Shown here piece by piece: positions 1 through 9,084 of a DNA stretch of 32,000 nucleotides (within the stretch, counting starts at the first letter, position 1; every line of letters starts with the position of its first letter). This stretch comes from Prochlorococcus marinus subsp. pastoris str. CCMP1986 (lineage in GTDB: Bacteria; Cyanobacteriota; Cyanobacteriia; PCC-6307; Cyanobiaceae). The notes under the pieces are model-generated. The model was not told where the DNA came from, ran no database searches, and saw only the letters and a program-made list of their open reading frames with translations. Location: contig NC_005072.1 in the NCBI RefSeq assembly GCF_000011465.1, positions 450,001 through 482,000 on the forward strand, read 5' to 3'. The position numbers and the translations under genes are program-made.

Positions 1-46
1 GTAATAAACCAGTTGGACTGGGCGCTAACCTTAAATGTTTTTCCAA
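1..46 (-). CDS. gltX: Glutamyl-tRNA synthetase, 5' end only (gene continues off the left edge)
   Basis: Reverse complement of 1-46 reads TTG GAA AAA CAT TTA AGG TTA GCG CCC AGT CCA ACT GGT TTA TTA, i.e. (M)[24 protein letters not shown] is the class-I HIGH-region N-terminus typical of GltX. An in-frame TAA lies at 53-55 and there is no ATG, so the start is TTG at 46..44. An AAGGA lies just upstream. Only 15 codons are visible. Confidence 0.6.
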   Translation of the reverse strand, partial: MEKHLRLAPSPTGLL

Positions 47-63
47 TTTCCTTTAGAAAAGAA

Positions 64-137
64 CGGGACCGACGGGATTCGAACCCGCAACTTCCGCCGT
101 GACAGGGCGGTGCTCTAACCAGTTGAACTACGGTCCC
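64..137 (-). tRNA. trnD: tRNA-Asp (anticodon GUC)
   Basis: The reverse complement folds as a cloverleaf: GGGACCG TA GTTC AACTGGTTA GAGC A CCGCC CTGTCAC GGCGG AAGTT GCGGG TTCGAAT CCCGT CGGTCCC G. The 7-bp acceptor stem, the anticodon loop CT-GTC-AC and the T-loop TTCGAAT are all present. CCA is not encoded. Confidence 0.95.
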
Positions 138-292
138 AGAATTTTTATTCTAATTTAATTAGATACTGAGTTTAAAATTATCAGACCATAATACTTTATT
201 AATGTTGTTGTGATAAAAAAAAATTCATAAATTTGAGGATTTAAAGAAATAGTTTAGTTTCTTTTTTTAGAAGGGAACTTATTAATTTTTCT

Positions 293-481
293 TTAAGGCC
301 TAAAGCCTGCTGGTTCAATTAATCGAACTTGATTACCTCGAGCTGTAAATTCTCTGCCTTGATCGCTTTGAACAACAACTCTCCCACCAGATTTTACTCT
401 GATGACTCTTGCACGAACCCATCCTAGAGCAGCTGATTCGAGGACTTTAACTACGTCACCAGGTTGAAGATCTAACTCCAT
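293..481 (-). CDS. Small conserved hypothetical protein (62 aa, Arg/Val-rich, SH3/KOW-like beta-strand pattern)
   Basis: ATG-initiated ORF between two tRNA genes. Its GC content is clearly higher than the flanks (my hand count is 83 G+C in 189 nt). The PGDVVKV...GWVRARV...GGRVVV pattern resembles small beta-barrel proteins. I do not recognise a named family. Confidence 0.6.
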   Translation of the reverse strand: MELDLQPGDVVKVLESAALGWVRARVIRVKSGGRVVVQSDQGREFTARGNQVRLIEPAGFRP

Positions 482-519
482 CTAAATGAAAAAAATAATT
501 TACAAAATGTTGATCCAAA

Positions 520-592
520 CGCGCCGTGGAGGACTTGAACCCCCGACATCAGGTTTTGGAGACCTGCGTTCTACCAACTGAACTAACGACGC
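520..592 (-). tRNA. trnW: tRNA-Trp (anticodon CCA)
   Basis: The reverse complement folds as a cloverleaf: GCGTCGT TA GTTC AGTTGGTA GAAC G CAGGT CTCCAAA ACCTG ATGTC GGGGG TTCAAGT CCTCC ACGGCGC G. The anticodon loop is CT-CCA-AA and the T-loop is TTCAAGT. Confidence 0.95.
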
Positions 593-647
593 AATAAAAA
601 TATTATAAGCGCCTTTATGACCGTTAGGTTGAAATAACTTTACAACC

Positions 648-1130
648 TTATCGATCAAAGCGTTGTTTTACGCGAGTAGCTTTTCCTACTCTATCTCGTA
701 GATAGAATAGCTTAGCTCTTCTTACTTTACCTCTCCGTTCTACTTTTAGGGAGGCGACTTGAGGACTATGTAGCATAAATACTCTTTCCACTCCAATACC
801 TTGAAAAATCCTTCTTACTGTAATGGTCTGATGGAGTCCGCCATGTCTCTTCGCAATCACAACTCCTTCGTAAGGTTGAACTCTTTCTTTGTTACCTTCT
901 GTAATTTTTACTCCAACTTTAACCGTATCTCCAACATATATTTCGGGCAATTGTTTTTTTAATTGCTCTCTTTCAAATTCCTTGATTAAATTAGATGAAC
1001 TTAAGTTTGTTTGGGCAATTAGCTCTTTACCTTGCTTTTCAACAGTCAATTCTGTGGTAGTGTCAGTTTCATTAGTGATTTCTAACTCAGTTTCTTGTTT
1101 CTCTTTTGCCATTTTATGCTCAATAATCAT
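648..1130 (-). CDS. rplS: 50S ribosomal protein L19 with an N-terminal extension of about 45 aa
   Basis: The C-terminal ~113 aa are unmistakable L19 ([52 protein letters not shown]...[24 protein letters not shown]). The start could be ATG 1130 or ATG 1112 (M7). No other start codon lies closer to the conserved domain. Confidence 0.93.
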   Translation of the reverse strand: MIIEHKMAKEKQETELEITNETDTTTELTVEKQGKELIAQTNLSSSNLIKEFEREQLKKQLPEIYVGDTVKVGVKITEGNKERVQPYEGVVIAKRHGGLHQTITVRRIFQGIGVERVFMLHSPQVASLKVERRGKVRRAKLFYLRDRVGKATRVKQRFDR

Positions 1131-1144
1131 ACAAGAATATCATT

Positions 1145-1453
1145 TTAACCTTTCGACTCGCCTTTAGTAACCTTTTTAGGAAATGAAATTTTTTTAGAAA
1201 ACATTTGAAACCCAGTTATTAGCATCCAAATAAGACCTAAAGAATTCAAGATTACGTAGATTAGTTCTCCATTATCTCCAAGCCACTCCCCTTCGTGTAG
1301 AGACATTAACCAGTGAACTTCATCTCTTGAGTAGCCTAATAAATCTTTACAGATTCTATAGAATGTGCCTGTTAAAGCTGAAATGAATAATGGGAGGAAA
1401 ACCCAAGGTGCCAAAGATTTATGAAATTGCCTAGAATTAGTAATAAAATTCAT
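1145..1453 (-). CDS. Small membrane protein (2-3 TM, PepSY-associated-TM-like)
   Basis: ATG start. Hydrophobic segments are [16 protein letters not shown] and [19 protein letters not shown]. It ends 14 nt upstream of rplS on the same strand. Confidence 0.6.
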   Translation of the reverse strand: MNFITNSRQFHKSLAPWVFLPLFISALTGTFYRICKDLLGYSRDEVHWLMSLHEGEWLGDNGELIYVILNSLGLIWMLITGFQMFSKKISFPKKVTKGESKG

Positions 1454-1542
1454 TTTTTGTTTTTCTTACTGTTAGATTTGAGGTGGCCATGCAGACTATG
1501 GCTATTTTGGATCATATTTACTTAATACTATTATTTATTCCA

Positions 1543-2382
1543 ATGAAACATTTTGCAGATCTTTTATTAAATAAAAATAATTCTAAATCCAATGATCAAG
1601 TTCCTTTTATCCAAAGAAGAAGAGGAATCGAAATAAAGTCTGCAAGGGAAATAAATTTGATGAAGAAATCGAGTAGGATTGTTGGAACAGTTTTGAGAGA
1701 AATAAATGACCTCATAAAACCAGGAATGAGTACAAAAGATTTGGATGATTTTGCGGAAAAGAGGATAAGAGAGATGGGTGCTGTGCCAAGTTTTAAGGGT
1801 TATCATGGATTCCCATCAAGTATTTGTTCAAGTGTTAATAATGAAGTTGTTCATGGTATACCAAACAAAAATAAAATAATTAACGATGGAGATCTTGTTA
1901 AGATTGATACTGGAGCTTATCTAGATGGATTTCATGGAGATAGTTGTATCTCTATTTGTGTAGGTGAAGTAAGTAATCAAGCCCAAAAACTTAGTGATGT
2001 AGCTCTTAAAGCGTTGTTTGCAGGACTTTCGAAAATTAAATCAGGTAATACTCTGCTTGATATCGCCGGTGCAATTGAAGATATTGTTAAATCCAATGGA
2101 TTCAGTGTAGTTGAGGACTATACTGGTCATGGAGTAGGTCGAAACCTTCATGAAGAACCATCTGTTTTTAATTTCCGAACTAACGAATTACCTAATGTTG
2201 TTCTTCGTGAAGGTATGACATTAGCTGTAGAACCTATTGTTAATCAAGGCACAAAGTATTGTAAAACTTTAAATGATAAATGGACAGTGATAACAAAAGA
2301 TGGAAATTTATCAGCACAATGGGAACACACAATCGTTGTAATGAAAGATGGTATAGAAATTTTGACAGACAGAGATTTTTAA
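1543..2382 (+). CDS. map: Methionine aminopeptidase, type I
   Basis: Pita-bread-fold metal ligands lie in conserved context ([53 protein letters not shown]). The ORF opens at GTG 1483. I prefer ATG 1543 (MKHFADLL...) because it leaves 89 nt for the divergent promoters and gives a typical cyanobacterial N-terminus. Starts at 1483, 1489 or 1498 are not excluded. Confidence 0.9.
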   Translation: MKHFADLLLNKNNSKSNDQVPFIQRRRGIEIKSAREINLMKKSSRIVGTVLREINDLIKPGMSTKDLDDFAEKRIREMGAVPSFKGYHGFPSSICSSVNNEVVHGIPNKNKIINDGDLVKIDTGAYLDGFHGDSCISICVGEVSNQAQKLSDVALKALFAGLSKIKSGNTLLDIAGAIEDIVKSNGFSVVEDYTGHGVGRNLHEEPSVFNFRTNELPNVVLREGMTLAVEPIVNQGTKYCKTLNDKWTVITKDGNLSAQWEHTIVVMKDGIEILTDRDF

Positions 2383-3092
2383 TTACTAATTTTAGATATT
2401 TTTAAAAATTTACAATATAAAAAAATATATAACTCTTTAATGGGAAACAGAATGTAGGAAAGAGGGTTGGGGCTAATGATTATTAAAAAAAAATTTAAAT
2501 TAGCAAAATTGTAAATGTTATTAGATACAAATTCAGCACTCATAATCCCGATAGGGTTTAATTCTGACTTGAAAGGACCTAATATAATTTTTTTAATTTT
2601 TAATTTTTTTTTCTCATGATTGTCTAGAAGGTTTTTTTTAAAGGAAACTATTTGACCGATAAGAGATTTACTTATTTCGTAGGGAGGATTTAAAGCTGGT
2701 AATATTTCTGCTTCTGAGGTATTTATCCAAATTTCCTTTGCAATTGATGAGTTTTTTTTGAAAGCAATTTCTTCAAATAAATTAAGAAATTTTAATTTAC
2801 TTAAAGCATTTATTTCTATTGAATTTTCATAATTTGAATTTTCTTTACTTATGTCGTAGATTCCATGGTTCAAAATTAAGATGTCAATTTTTTTTAGGTG
2901 CTTGTTTAATAAGAATTCTTTCCCACATTGCCATTCAATCCATTCATTGGGAGAGTCGTTGTTTATTTCAAAATTATTTTTACTATGAGTAAATCCTATA
3001 ACTTTATATCCTTTCCCCCGAAATATTTTTGTTAATTCTTTCCCTAATGCTCCTGATGCGCCAGTAATTCCAATAGTTTTTAATTCCCTCAT
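2379..3092 (-). CDS. Short-chain dehydrogenase/reductase family (NAD(P)-binding Rossmann) protein
   Basis: The N-terminal [12 protein letters not shown] matches the SDR TGxxxGxG dinucleotide motif, and a Y..SK-like segment (PYEISKS) is present. The substrate is unknown. Its stop overlaps the map stop (shared TTAA). Confidence 0.75.
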   Translation of the reverse strand: MRELKTIGITGASGALGKELTKIFRGKGYKVIGFTHSKNNFEINNDSPNEWIEWQCGKEFLLNKHLKKIDILILNHGIYDISKENSNYENSIEINALSKLKFLNLFEEIAFKKNSSIAKEIWINTSEAEILPALNPPYEISKSLIGQIVSFKKNLLDNHEKKKLKIKKIILGPFKSELNPIGIMSAEFVSNNIYNFANLNFFLIIISPNPLSYILFPIKELYIFLYCKFLKISKISN

Positions 3093-3268
3093 TATTTAAT
3101 TGAATTTTGTAAGACTCTTTTCATAGATCCAAATAGTATATATTATCTTACTTTGTACTATGTTTTTTAATTTATTTTAATTTATTTGATTAAAAGTATT
3201 AAATAAATAATTGTATAGTTCTTAAAAAAACATTATCTTAAATCTATGAATAAATTAATTCGTTCATT

Positions 3269-4378
3269 ATGAGTCAAATATTGTTAATTGGTTCCTGTGA
3301 GCCATTTAGTGGTAAGTCAGCATTAGTACTGGGAATATCAAAAAAACTTTTAGAACAAGGAAAAAAAATACGTGTAGGAAAACCATTAGCAACTTGTATT
3401 GAACTTACTAATCTTCCTTCAATGACTTATGAAGGACTAATAGATGATGACGTTAAATTTATTGGTACTACATTAAATCTTCAAGAAGAAAACTTAATTC
3501 CTTCAGTAGGATTGTTAGATAATATATCTGCTGAGAAAAGAATTTCGAATAAAGATTTAAGTCCAGGTAAGGGGTTCGAACAAATAGAGGCATTAGTAAA
3601 TGACGATTTTGATGGGTTAAATATTCTTGAAGCTGCAGGTAGCCTCAATGAAGGAATGATTTATGGTTTGAGTCTTCCACAACTTGCTAAACATTTAAAT
3701 GCAAAAGTCCTAATTGTTAATCTATGGGAGGATAGTAAAAGTGTAGATGCTTTACTAGACGCAAAAAAACAATTAGGAGATCATTTCGCAGGAGCCATAT
3801 TGAATGCTGTTATTCCTGAGGAAGTTGAAAAAATAAAAAATAAAATAATACCCTCTCTCCAGGAGATGAACATTAAAGTATTTGGGGTGATGCCCAAATC
3901 TCCTTTACTCAGAAGTGTAACTGTAAGGGAACTTATAAGAAGGTTAGATGCAAAAGTAATTTGCTGTCCTGAAAAAGAACAATTACTCGTTGAAACATTA
4001 AGTATTGGTGCTATGGGAGTCAATTCTGCGATGGAATTTTTTAGAAGAAGGAGAAATATGGCTGTCGTAACAGGAGCCGAAAGAACTGATATTCAACTTG
4101 CAGCTTTAGAAGCATCTACCCAATGTTTGATTCTAACTGGTTTAGGTGAACCTCTATTACAACTGATCCATAGAGCGGAGGAGTTAGAAGTGCCAATTTT
4201 AAAAGTAGACTTAGATACTCTTGCTTCAGTGGAAATTATTGAACAAGCTTTTGGACATGTCAGGATACATGAATCAATAAAGGCATCATATGCTGTTCAA
4301 TTAGTTCAAGAACATGTAAATCTAAAAAATATTCTTGAAACTATAGATTTTCCCTGCAATTTTTCAAATAAATGCTAA
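3269..4378 (+). CDS. Phosphotransacetylase-N-terminal-like protein (BioD-like P-loop domain plus DRTGG domain, no PTA catalytic domain)
   Basis: An N-terminal GSCEPFSGKSALVLGI resembles a DTBS/CobQ-like P-loop. The later AVVTGAERTDIQLAALEA...CLILTG matches the DRTGG-domain pattern. At 369 aa the protein is too short to contain the acetyltransferase domain. Confidence 0.7.
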   Translation: MSQILLIGSCEPFSGKSALVLGISKKLLEQGKKIRVGKPLATCIELTNLPSMTYEGLIDDDVKFIGTTLNLQEENLIPSVGLLDNISAEKRISNKDLSPGKGFEQIEALVNDDFDGLNILEAAGSLNEGMIYGLSLPQLAKHLNAKVLIVNLWEDSKSVDALLDAKKQLGDHFAGAILNAVIPEEVEKIKNKIIPSLQEMNIKVFGVMPKSPLLRSVTVRELIRRLDAKVICCPEKEQLLVETLSIGAMGVNSAMEFFRRRRNMAVVTGAERTDIQLAALEASTQCLILTGLGEPLLQLIHRAEELEVPILKVDLDTLASVEIIEQAFGHVRIHESIKASYAVQLVQEHVNLKNILETIDFPCNFSNKC

Positions 4379-4403
4379 TTTCAAATGTAGTAACCGTTTT
4401 ATT

Positions 4404-4916
4404 TTGAGTCGTTCTTTAGACCTACCCTCAACAGAAGGTGTTGATACCTTAGCTCAGGAACTTGCAAAACTTCAGGATAACGGGAAAAGAAGGATTGCTT
4501 TTTTGGGTAGTAGACATGTACCTGTAGTTGACATTCACTTGATCGAACTAATCGCAAGATCATTAGCGGAAGAAGGGCATACTATCCTTACGTCAGGATC
4601 TCAGGGAGTTAATGCCGCAGTAATAAGAGCTGTTTTAGGTATTAATCCGTCATTGCTGACTGTTCTTTTACCACAGAGCCTAGATAAACAATTACCTGAA
4701 ATTAAAAACCAACTAGAGAGCGTTATTCATTTGGTTGAGAAAAGCGAAAATGATGAATTACCTTTGCCAATGGCAAGTAGTCTTTGTAATCAAGAAATTA
4801 TCAATAGATGTGATCAATTAATTTGTTTCGCTTTTCACGATAGTGAAACTTTATTAAATAGTTGTAGATGCGCTGAAGAAATGGGTAAGGTTGTTAGTTT
4901 GTTATTTTTTGATTAA
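4404..4916 (+). CDS. Conserved hypothetical protein, DprA/LOG-like (SLOG-type) Rossmann fold
   Basis: RIAFLGSRHVP...GHTILTSGSQGVNAAVIRAVL resembles the DprA/SLOG nucleotide-binding core. There is no in-frame ATG near the N-terminus, so the start is a non-ATG codon (TTG 4404). Confidence 0.55.
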   Translation: MSRSLDLPSTEGVDTLAQELAKLQDNGKRRIAFLGSRHVPVVDIHLIELIARSLAEEGHTILTSGSQGVNAAVIRAVLGINPSLLTVLLPQSLDKQLPEIKNQLESVIHLVEKSENDELPLPMASSLCNQEIINRCDQLICFAFHDSETLLNSCRCAEEMGKVVSLLFFD

Positions 4917-4983
4917 ATTAACTCCTTTTATTTTTTTTTAAGTTTATTTGGGGTGATAATTAAATTAATTTAAGAATTAAGTA

Positions 4984-5481
4984 ATGGCAGAAAATTTTTC
5001 ATTTGATGTGGTTTCTGATTTTGATAGACAAGAATTAGTCAATGCTTTGGATCAAGTGAAGAGAGAGATTTCTCAAAGATATGATCTTAAAGGAACAGAT
5101 ACCTCCTTAGATTTAGAAAAAGACAACATTTTTATAACTACAAATAGTGAATTAACTCTAAATTCAGTGATTGATATTATTAGACAAAAGGCAATAAAAA
5201 GAAAACTCTCTATAAAAATTTTTGATTTCAATAGCATTGAAGTAGTAAGCGGAAATAAAGTAAAGCAAACCATTACTTTAAAGAAAGGTCTAAATCAGGA
5301 AATTGCAAAAAAAATTAGTAAAAATATTAGAGATGAAATTAAAAAGATTAATGTAAGCATTAATGGAGAAACATTAAGAGTAATGAGCAAAAGCAAGAAT
5401 GATCTTCAATTGGCAATTAAGTTACTTGAGAATTTGGAGGAGACATATAAAATACCTCTGCAAACTAATAATTATCGATAA
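4984..5481 (+). CDS. yajQ: YajQ family nucleotide-binding protein (UPF0234)
   Basis: The N-terminus SFDVVSDFDRQELVNALDQVKREISQRYDLKGT and the ~165 aa length are characteristic of YajQ. Confidence 0.85.
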   Translation: MAENFSFDVVSDFDRQELVNALDQVKREISQRYDLKGTDTSLDLEKDNIFITTNSELTLNSVIDIIRQKAIKRKLSIKIFDFNSIEVVSGNKVKQTITLKKGLNQEIAKKISKNIRDEIKKINVSINGETLRVMSKSKNDLQLAIKLLENLEETYKIPLQTNNYR

Positions 5482-5505
5482 GATATTAATAATTAAGGCC
5501 TTATA

Positions 5506-5709
5506 ATGACTGGTTATTCAAAATCTCTTCTTGATTCATTGTGCTTAAAAATAAAAGATTATCCACGTTTTTCGTTAACAGAAATCGAGAAATTTTGTTG
5601 GATGGCTGCCCATGAGCATAAGCATGGAGTCTTACCTTCTGAATACGATATAAGGGAAATAGATGAGGATCTTTATTTACAATTATTGCAGAAATTTAAA
5701 GCAGAGTAA
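5506..5709 (+). CDS. Small hypothetical protein (67 aa)
   Basis: ATG ORF 24 nt downstream of yajQ on the same strand. No recognisable motif. Confidence 0.45.
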   Translation: MTGYSKSLLDSLCLKIKDYPRFSLTEIEKFCWMAAHEHKHGVLPSEYDIREIDEDLYLQLLQKFKAE

Positions 5710-5826
5710 TTTATAAAATTCATTTGTTAATTACGTAAACTAATTATTAAAAAAATATTTTAATTAAATACTTAATCAATGCATTAATTAATTTCTTTAA
5801 ATATAATTAACAAAAAACATATTTAA

Positions 5827-6633
5827 ATGTCAACATCTTTCAAAAATGTCACCCCAACTGGTCCAGGAGGAACAGCTACGTTACTAATTGTTTTATCTTT
5901 TACCGGATTTCTTTTACTCACTCAATCTTTATTTGTTGTGCCTTCTGGACAAGTAGCTGTAGTGACTACTTTAGGGAAAGTAAGTGGTGGTTCAAGAAGA
6001 GCAGGTTTGAACTTTAAAGTCCCCTTCGTTCAGTCGGTTTTCCCCTTTGATATAAAAACTCAAGTTCAACCTGAGAAATTTGAAACCTTAACAAAAGATC
6101 TTCAAGTTATTAGAGCAACAGCTACTGTCAAATATTCTGTTAAGCCAAATGAAGCAGGTAGAATTTTTGCCACAATTGCTAGTAGAAATAGTGATGTTTA
6201 TCAAAAAATAGTTCAGCCTTCTTTACTTAAAGCTCTAAAATCTGTTTTCTCACAATATGAATTAGAAACAATAGCAACTGAATTTAATGTTATTTCTGAA
6301 AAAGTCGCTTCTACCGTAGCTGAGGAATTGAATTCCTTCGATTACGTAGATGTTAAAAGCTTAGATCTTACTGGATTAGAAATTGCCGAGGAATATAGAG
6401 CAGCAATTGAACAGAAACAAATTGCAGGACAGCTACTTTTGAGAGCTAAAACAGAAGTTGAAATTGCTGGACAAGAAGCTTTAAGATACGAAACTCTAAA
6501 CAAAGGCTTAAATGATCAAGTCCTCTTTAAACTATTTTTAGATAAATGGGATGGAAGTACTCAAGTGGTTCCTGGCCTTCCTGGAACTAGTGGATCAATG
6601 CCTCCGGTTATCGTAGGCGGACAAAGTAGATAA
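5827..6633 (+). CDS. SPFH/Band-7 (prohibitin-like) membrane protein
   Basis: An N-terminal TM segment (LLIVLSFTGFLLL) is followed by VVPSGQVAVVTTLGKV...GLNFKVPFVQSV and a coiled-coil IAEEYRAAIEQKQIA segment. This layout is typical of PHB/SPFH domains. Confidence 0.85.
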   Translation: MSTSFKNVTPTGPGGTATLLIVLSFTGFLLLTQSLFVVPSGQVAVVTTLGKVSGGSRRAGLNFKVPFVQSVFPFDIKTQVQPEKFETLTKDLQVIRATATVKYSVKPNEAGRIFATIASRNSDVYQKIVQPSLLKALKSVFSQYELETIATEFNVISEKVASTVAEELNSFDYVDVKSLDLTGLEIAEEYRAAIEQKQIAGQLLLRAKTEVEIAGQEALRYETLNKGLNDQVLFKLFLDKWDGSTQVVPGLPGTSGSMPPVIVGGQSR

Positions 6634-6637
6634 TATA

Positions 6638-7939
6638 TTAGTTTTTTATGACGCTAAATGATTGATCGAAGGCTTCTAGTGTTCGATCAATTTCTTCTTC
6701 ACTATGAGCTAATGAAGTAAATCCAGCTTCAAAAGGACTTGGAGCTAAGTACACACCTCTTTTGAGCATTTCCCTATGGAGTTTGCCAAAGAGTTCTGAA
6801 TTATTTGTTTTAGCTTCTTCGAAATTTCTTACCGGTCCTTCACATAAGAAAAATCCGAACATTGCACTTACGCTCCCACCATTTATTGCAATACCATTAT
6901 TTTCAGCAGATTGAATAATACCCTCAATTAGTCTAGAGGTTGTTGACTCAAGTTTTTCGTAAGTACCTTCTTGTTTAAGTAACTCAAGAGTTTTAATTCC
7001 TGCTGTCATTGCTAGAGGATTTCCACTTAAAGTCCCAGCTTGATATACAGGTCCAGATGGTGCGACCATTGACATTATTTCTTTTTTCCCACCATATGCT
7101 CCTACAGGTAAACCTCCCCCAATCACTTTACCGAGAGTTGTTAAATCAGGCGTAACTCCGAACTTTTCTTGCGCTCCTCCATAGCTAATTCTGAAACCAG
7201 TCATTACTTCATCAAAAACTAGTAAAGATCCATTTTCAGTTGTTAACTCTCTCAATCCTTCAAGGAAACCAGGTTCAGGAGTAATAAATCCGGCATTACC
7301 AACTATAGGCTCAAGAATTACTCCTGATATTGCATCAGGATTCTCAGAAAATAATTTTTTTACGGCTTCAAGATCGTTGTAAGGAGCAGTTAGAGTGTTA
7401 GCTGTTGTAGTTCTTGGAACTCCTGGGGAATCTGGCAAGCCTAAAGTAGCTACTCCAGAACCAGCTTTTACCAAAAACATATCAGCATGACCGTGATAGC
7501 ACCCATCAAATTTTATTACTTTATCTCTCCCTGTAAATGCTCTCATTAGCCTTAAAACTGCCATACAGGCTTCCGTACCACTGTTTACAAATCTAACCAT
7601 TTCAACCGATGGAACAGCATCTATTACCATTTCTGCAAGTTTATTCTCTAATACACAAGGTGCTCCAAAACTAGTACCTTTTTCAATTGCTTCTTGCAAT
7701 GCTGTAATCACTTCGGGATGAGCGTGTCCACAAATAGCTGGACCCCAACTACCTATGTAATCAATATACCTATTCCCATCAATGTCCCAAGCATAGGGGC
7801 CTTTTACTCTATCAAAAACGATTGGCTGACCACCAACAGACTTAAATGCTCTCACTGGGGAACTAACCCCTCCTGGCATTAGTTCTAAAGCTGAAGAGAA
7901 TACTTCTTCAGAATAAGTAGTTTTTAATATGTCAGTCAA
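6638..7939 (-). CDS. hemL: Glutamate-1-semialdehyde 2,1-aminomutase
   Basis: There is full-length similarity to HemL ([18 protein letters not shown], class-III aminotransferase, PLP-lysine context [18 protein letters not shown]). The start is TTG at 7939. An in-frame TAA lies two codons upstream and no ATG is available. Confidence 0.96.
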   Translation of the reverse strand: MTDILKTTYSEEVFSSALELMPGGVSSPVRAFKSVGGQPIVFDRVKGPYAWDIDGNRYIDYIGSWGPAICGHAHPEVITALQEAIEKGTSFGAPCVLENKLAEMVIDAVPSVEMVRFVNSGTEACMAVLRLMRAFTGRDKVIKFDGCYHGHADMFLVKAGSGVATLGLPDSPGVPRTTTANTLTAPYNDLEAVKKLFSENPDAISGVILEPIVGNAGFITPEPGFLEGLRELTTENGSLLVFDEVMTGFRISYGGAQEKFGVTPDLTTLGKVIGGGLPVGAYGGKKEIMSMVAPSGPVYQAGTLSGNPLAMTAGIKTLELLKQEGTYEKLESTTSRLIEGIIQSAENNGIAINGGSVSAMFGFFLCEGPVRNFEEAKTNNSELFGKLHREMLKRGVYLAPSPFEAGFTSLAHSEEEIDRTLEAFDQSFSVIKN

Positions 7940-7963
7940 AATTTAAATGAGTGTAGTTTTGAG

Positions 7964-8040
7964 AAAATCTCATGATGTTCTAACTTATAAATAAGTAAAA
8001 ATTTTGTCAATTAGGTAAAAATTCTACATCATGATATTTT
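7964..8040. repeat. Inverted repeat, 15-nt arms (14/15 complementary) separated by 47 nt
   Basis: The left arm AAAATCTCATGATGT (7964-7978) pairs with the right arm ACATCATGATATTTT (8026-8040). The core TCATGATGT/ACATCATGA is perfect over 9 bp. Confidence 0.7.
7984..8010 (-). promoter_or_regulatory. Candidate sigma-70-type promoter for hemL
   Basis: On the minus strand there is a perfect -35 TTGACA (plus 8005-8010) and a -10 TATAAG (plus 7984-7989) with a 15-nt spacer. ATAAGT or TAAGTT would give a 16- or 17-nt spacer. The element lies about 45 nt upstream of the hemL start. Sequence pattern only. Confidence 0.3.
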
Positions 8041-8166
8041 TACTGCGATACTTTGGAATGTAAATAATTAATTTTGAGGAAAATTTGAAATAAAGTTGGT
8101 TTGTTTTTACATTACTCTTTAATATTAAGCGTTTTGAGGGTTATAAAAAATTAAGATCTTTTGTAA

Positions 8167-9012
8167 TTATATTTCGAAAAGATCATCATCAACATCTAAG
8201 TAGTCTTCATAGTGACTATCGATCTCTAAATTAATTAATACTGGAGCATGATCACTAGGTTGTAAATTTTCTCTTTGATTCCTTTCTATTACACAACTTT
8301 TAAGTTTTGATGAAAGATTTTTACTGATATAAATATGGTCTATTCTCCAACCTTTATTTAGCTCATACGCATTATTACGGTAATCCCACCAACTCCAATG
8401 CCCAGTATTCTTCTCGAAAATCCGAAAAGAATCAATAAATCTTCCTTTAAGAACATTATTGAGTGCTTCTCTTTCAATCTTTGAAGCCATTATTCCCCCT
8501 TCGTATTTTTGAGGGGTATGTATATCTATTTCGCTTGGAGCTATATTAAAATCACCTACCAAACAGACTAAATCATCATTTTTTACCTGATCATCTAAGA
8601 ATGCTGATAAATAATTTAACCATTGAATCTTATAATCGTATTTCTCAGAATCTATTGAAGAACCGTTTGGAACATAAACATTTATTATTTTTAACCCATT
8701 GATTTCTGCAGAAATTAACCGTTTTTGCTCATTAATGTCGATAGAAATCCCTCCTGTCTTATTCTCATTAGTAAATCCTTTCTTTACATTTTCAATCTTA
8801 AACTTACTTATTATTGCAACCCCATTGTAAGATTTTTGCCCATGGATAATAACTTCATAACCTAATTCTTCAAAATGCGATGAAGGGAAAGCATCGTCTA
8901 TAACTTTAGTTTCTTGTAGACAAAGGATATCTGGATTTACCTCTTTAATCCAATTAATAATTTGAGAAAGCCTTGTTCTTACAGAGTTTACATTCCAAGT
9001 TGCTATTAACAA
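8167..9012 (-). CDS. xthA: Exodeoxyribonuclease III (AP endonuclease, EEP family)
   Basis: Supporting motifs are IATWNVNSVRTRL, DILCLQETK, GDFNIAP, WSWWDYR and SDHAPV. The start is TTG at 9012 and no in-frame ATG or GTG lies before the upstream TAA. There is an acidic C-terminal tail of about 20 aa. Confidence 0.93.
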   Translation of the reverse strand: MLIATWNVNSVRTRLSQIINWIKEVNPDILCLQETKVIDDAFPSSHFEELGYEVIIHGQKSYNGVAIISKFKIENVKKGFTNENKTGGISIDINEQKRLISAEINGLKIINVYVPNGSSIDSEKYDYKIQWLNYLSAFLDDQVKNDDLVCLVGDFNIAPSEIDIHTPQKYEGGIMASKIEREALNNVLKGRFIDSFRIFEKNTGHWSWWDYRNNAYELNKGWRIDHIYISKNLSSKLKSCVIERNQRENLQPSDHAPVLINLEIDSHYEDYLDVDDDLFEI

Positions 9013-9084
9013 TTTTTTACCAAATTATGTAAAATTAAGATAGCAAATAATTTTAAATCTTAAATTATTTTGAAATTAAACAAA

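Noticed and set aside
243-268. AAAGAAA, 8-nt loop, TTTCTTT hairpin downstream of the 62-aa ORF
   Set aside because: The stem is weak and AT-only. The T-run is on the wrong strand for the adjacent minus-strand gene.
889-1167. 92-aa plus-strand ORF antisense to rplS. Similar shadow ORFs lie at 1567-1806, 3781-4023, 5073-5273, 7694-7882, 12447-12635, 13143-13334, 13620-13889, 15526-15756, 21010-21198, 23358-23543, 24107-24292, 26804-26986, 28006-28263, 28715-29392, 30388-30609 and 31128-31313.
   Set aside because: All lie inside, and antisense to, genes with clear family motifs. None has a recognisable motif or ribosome-binding context.
1483-1542. Upstream GTG/ATG starts that extend map by 20 aa ([20 protein letters not shown])
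   Set aside because: The extension is hydrophobic with no MAP similarity, and it would leave only 29 nt to the divergent gene. ATG 1543 is more plausible, but this is not proven.
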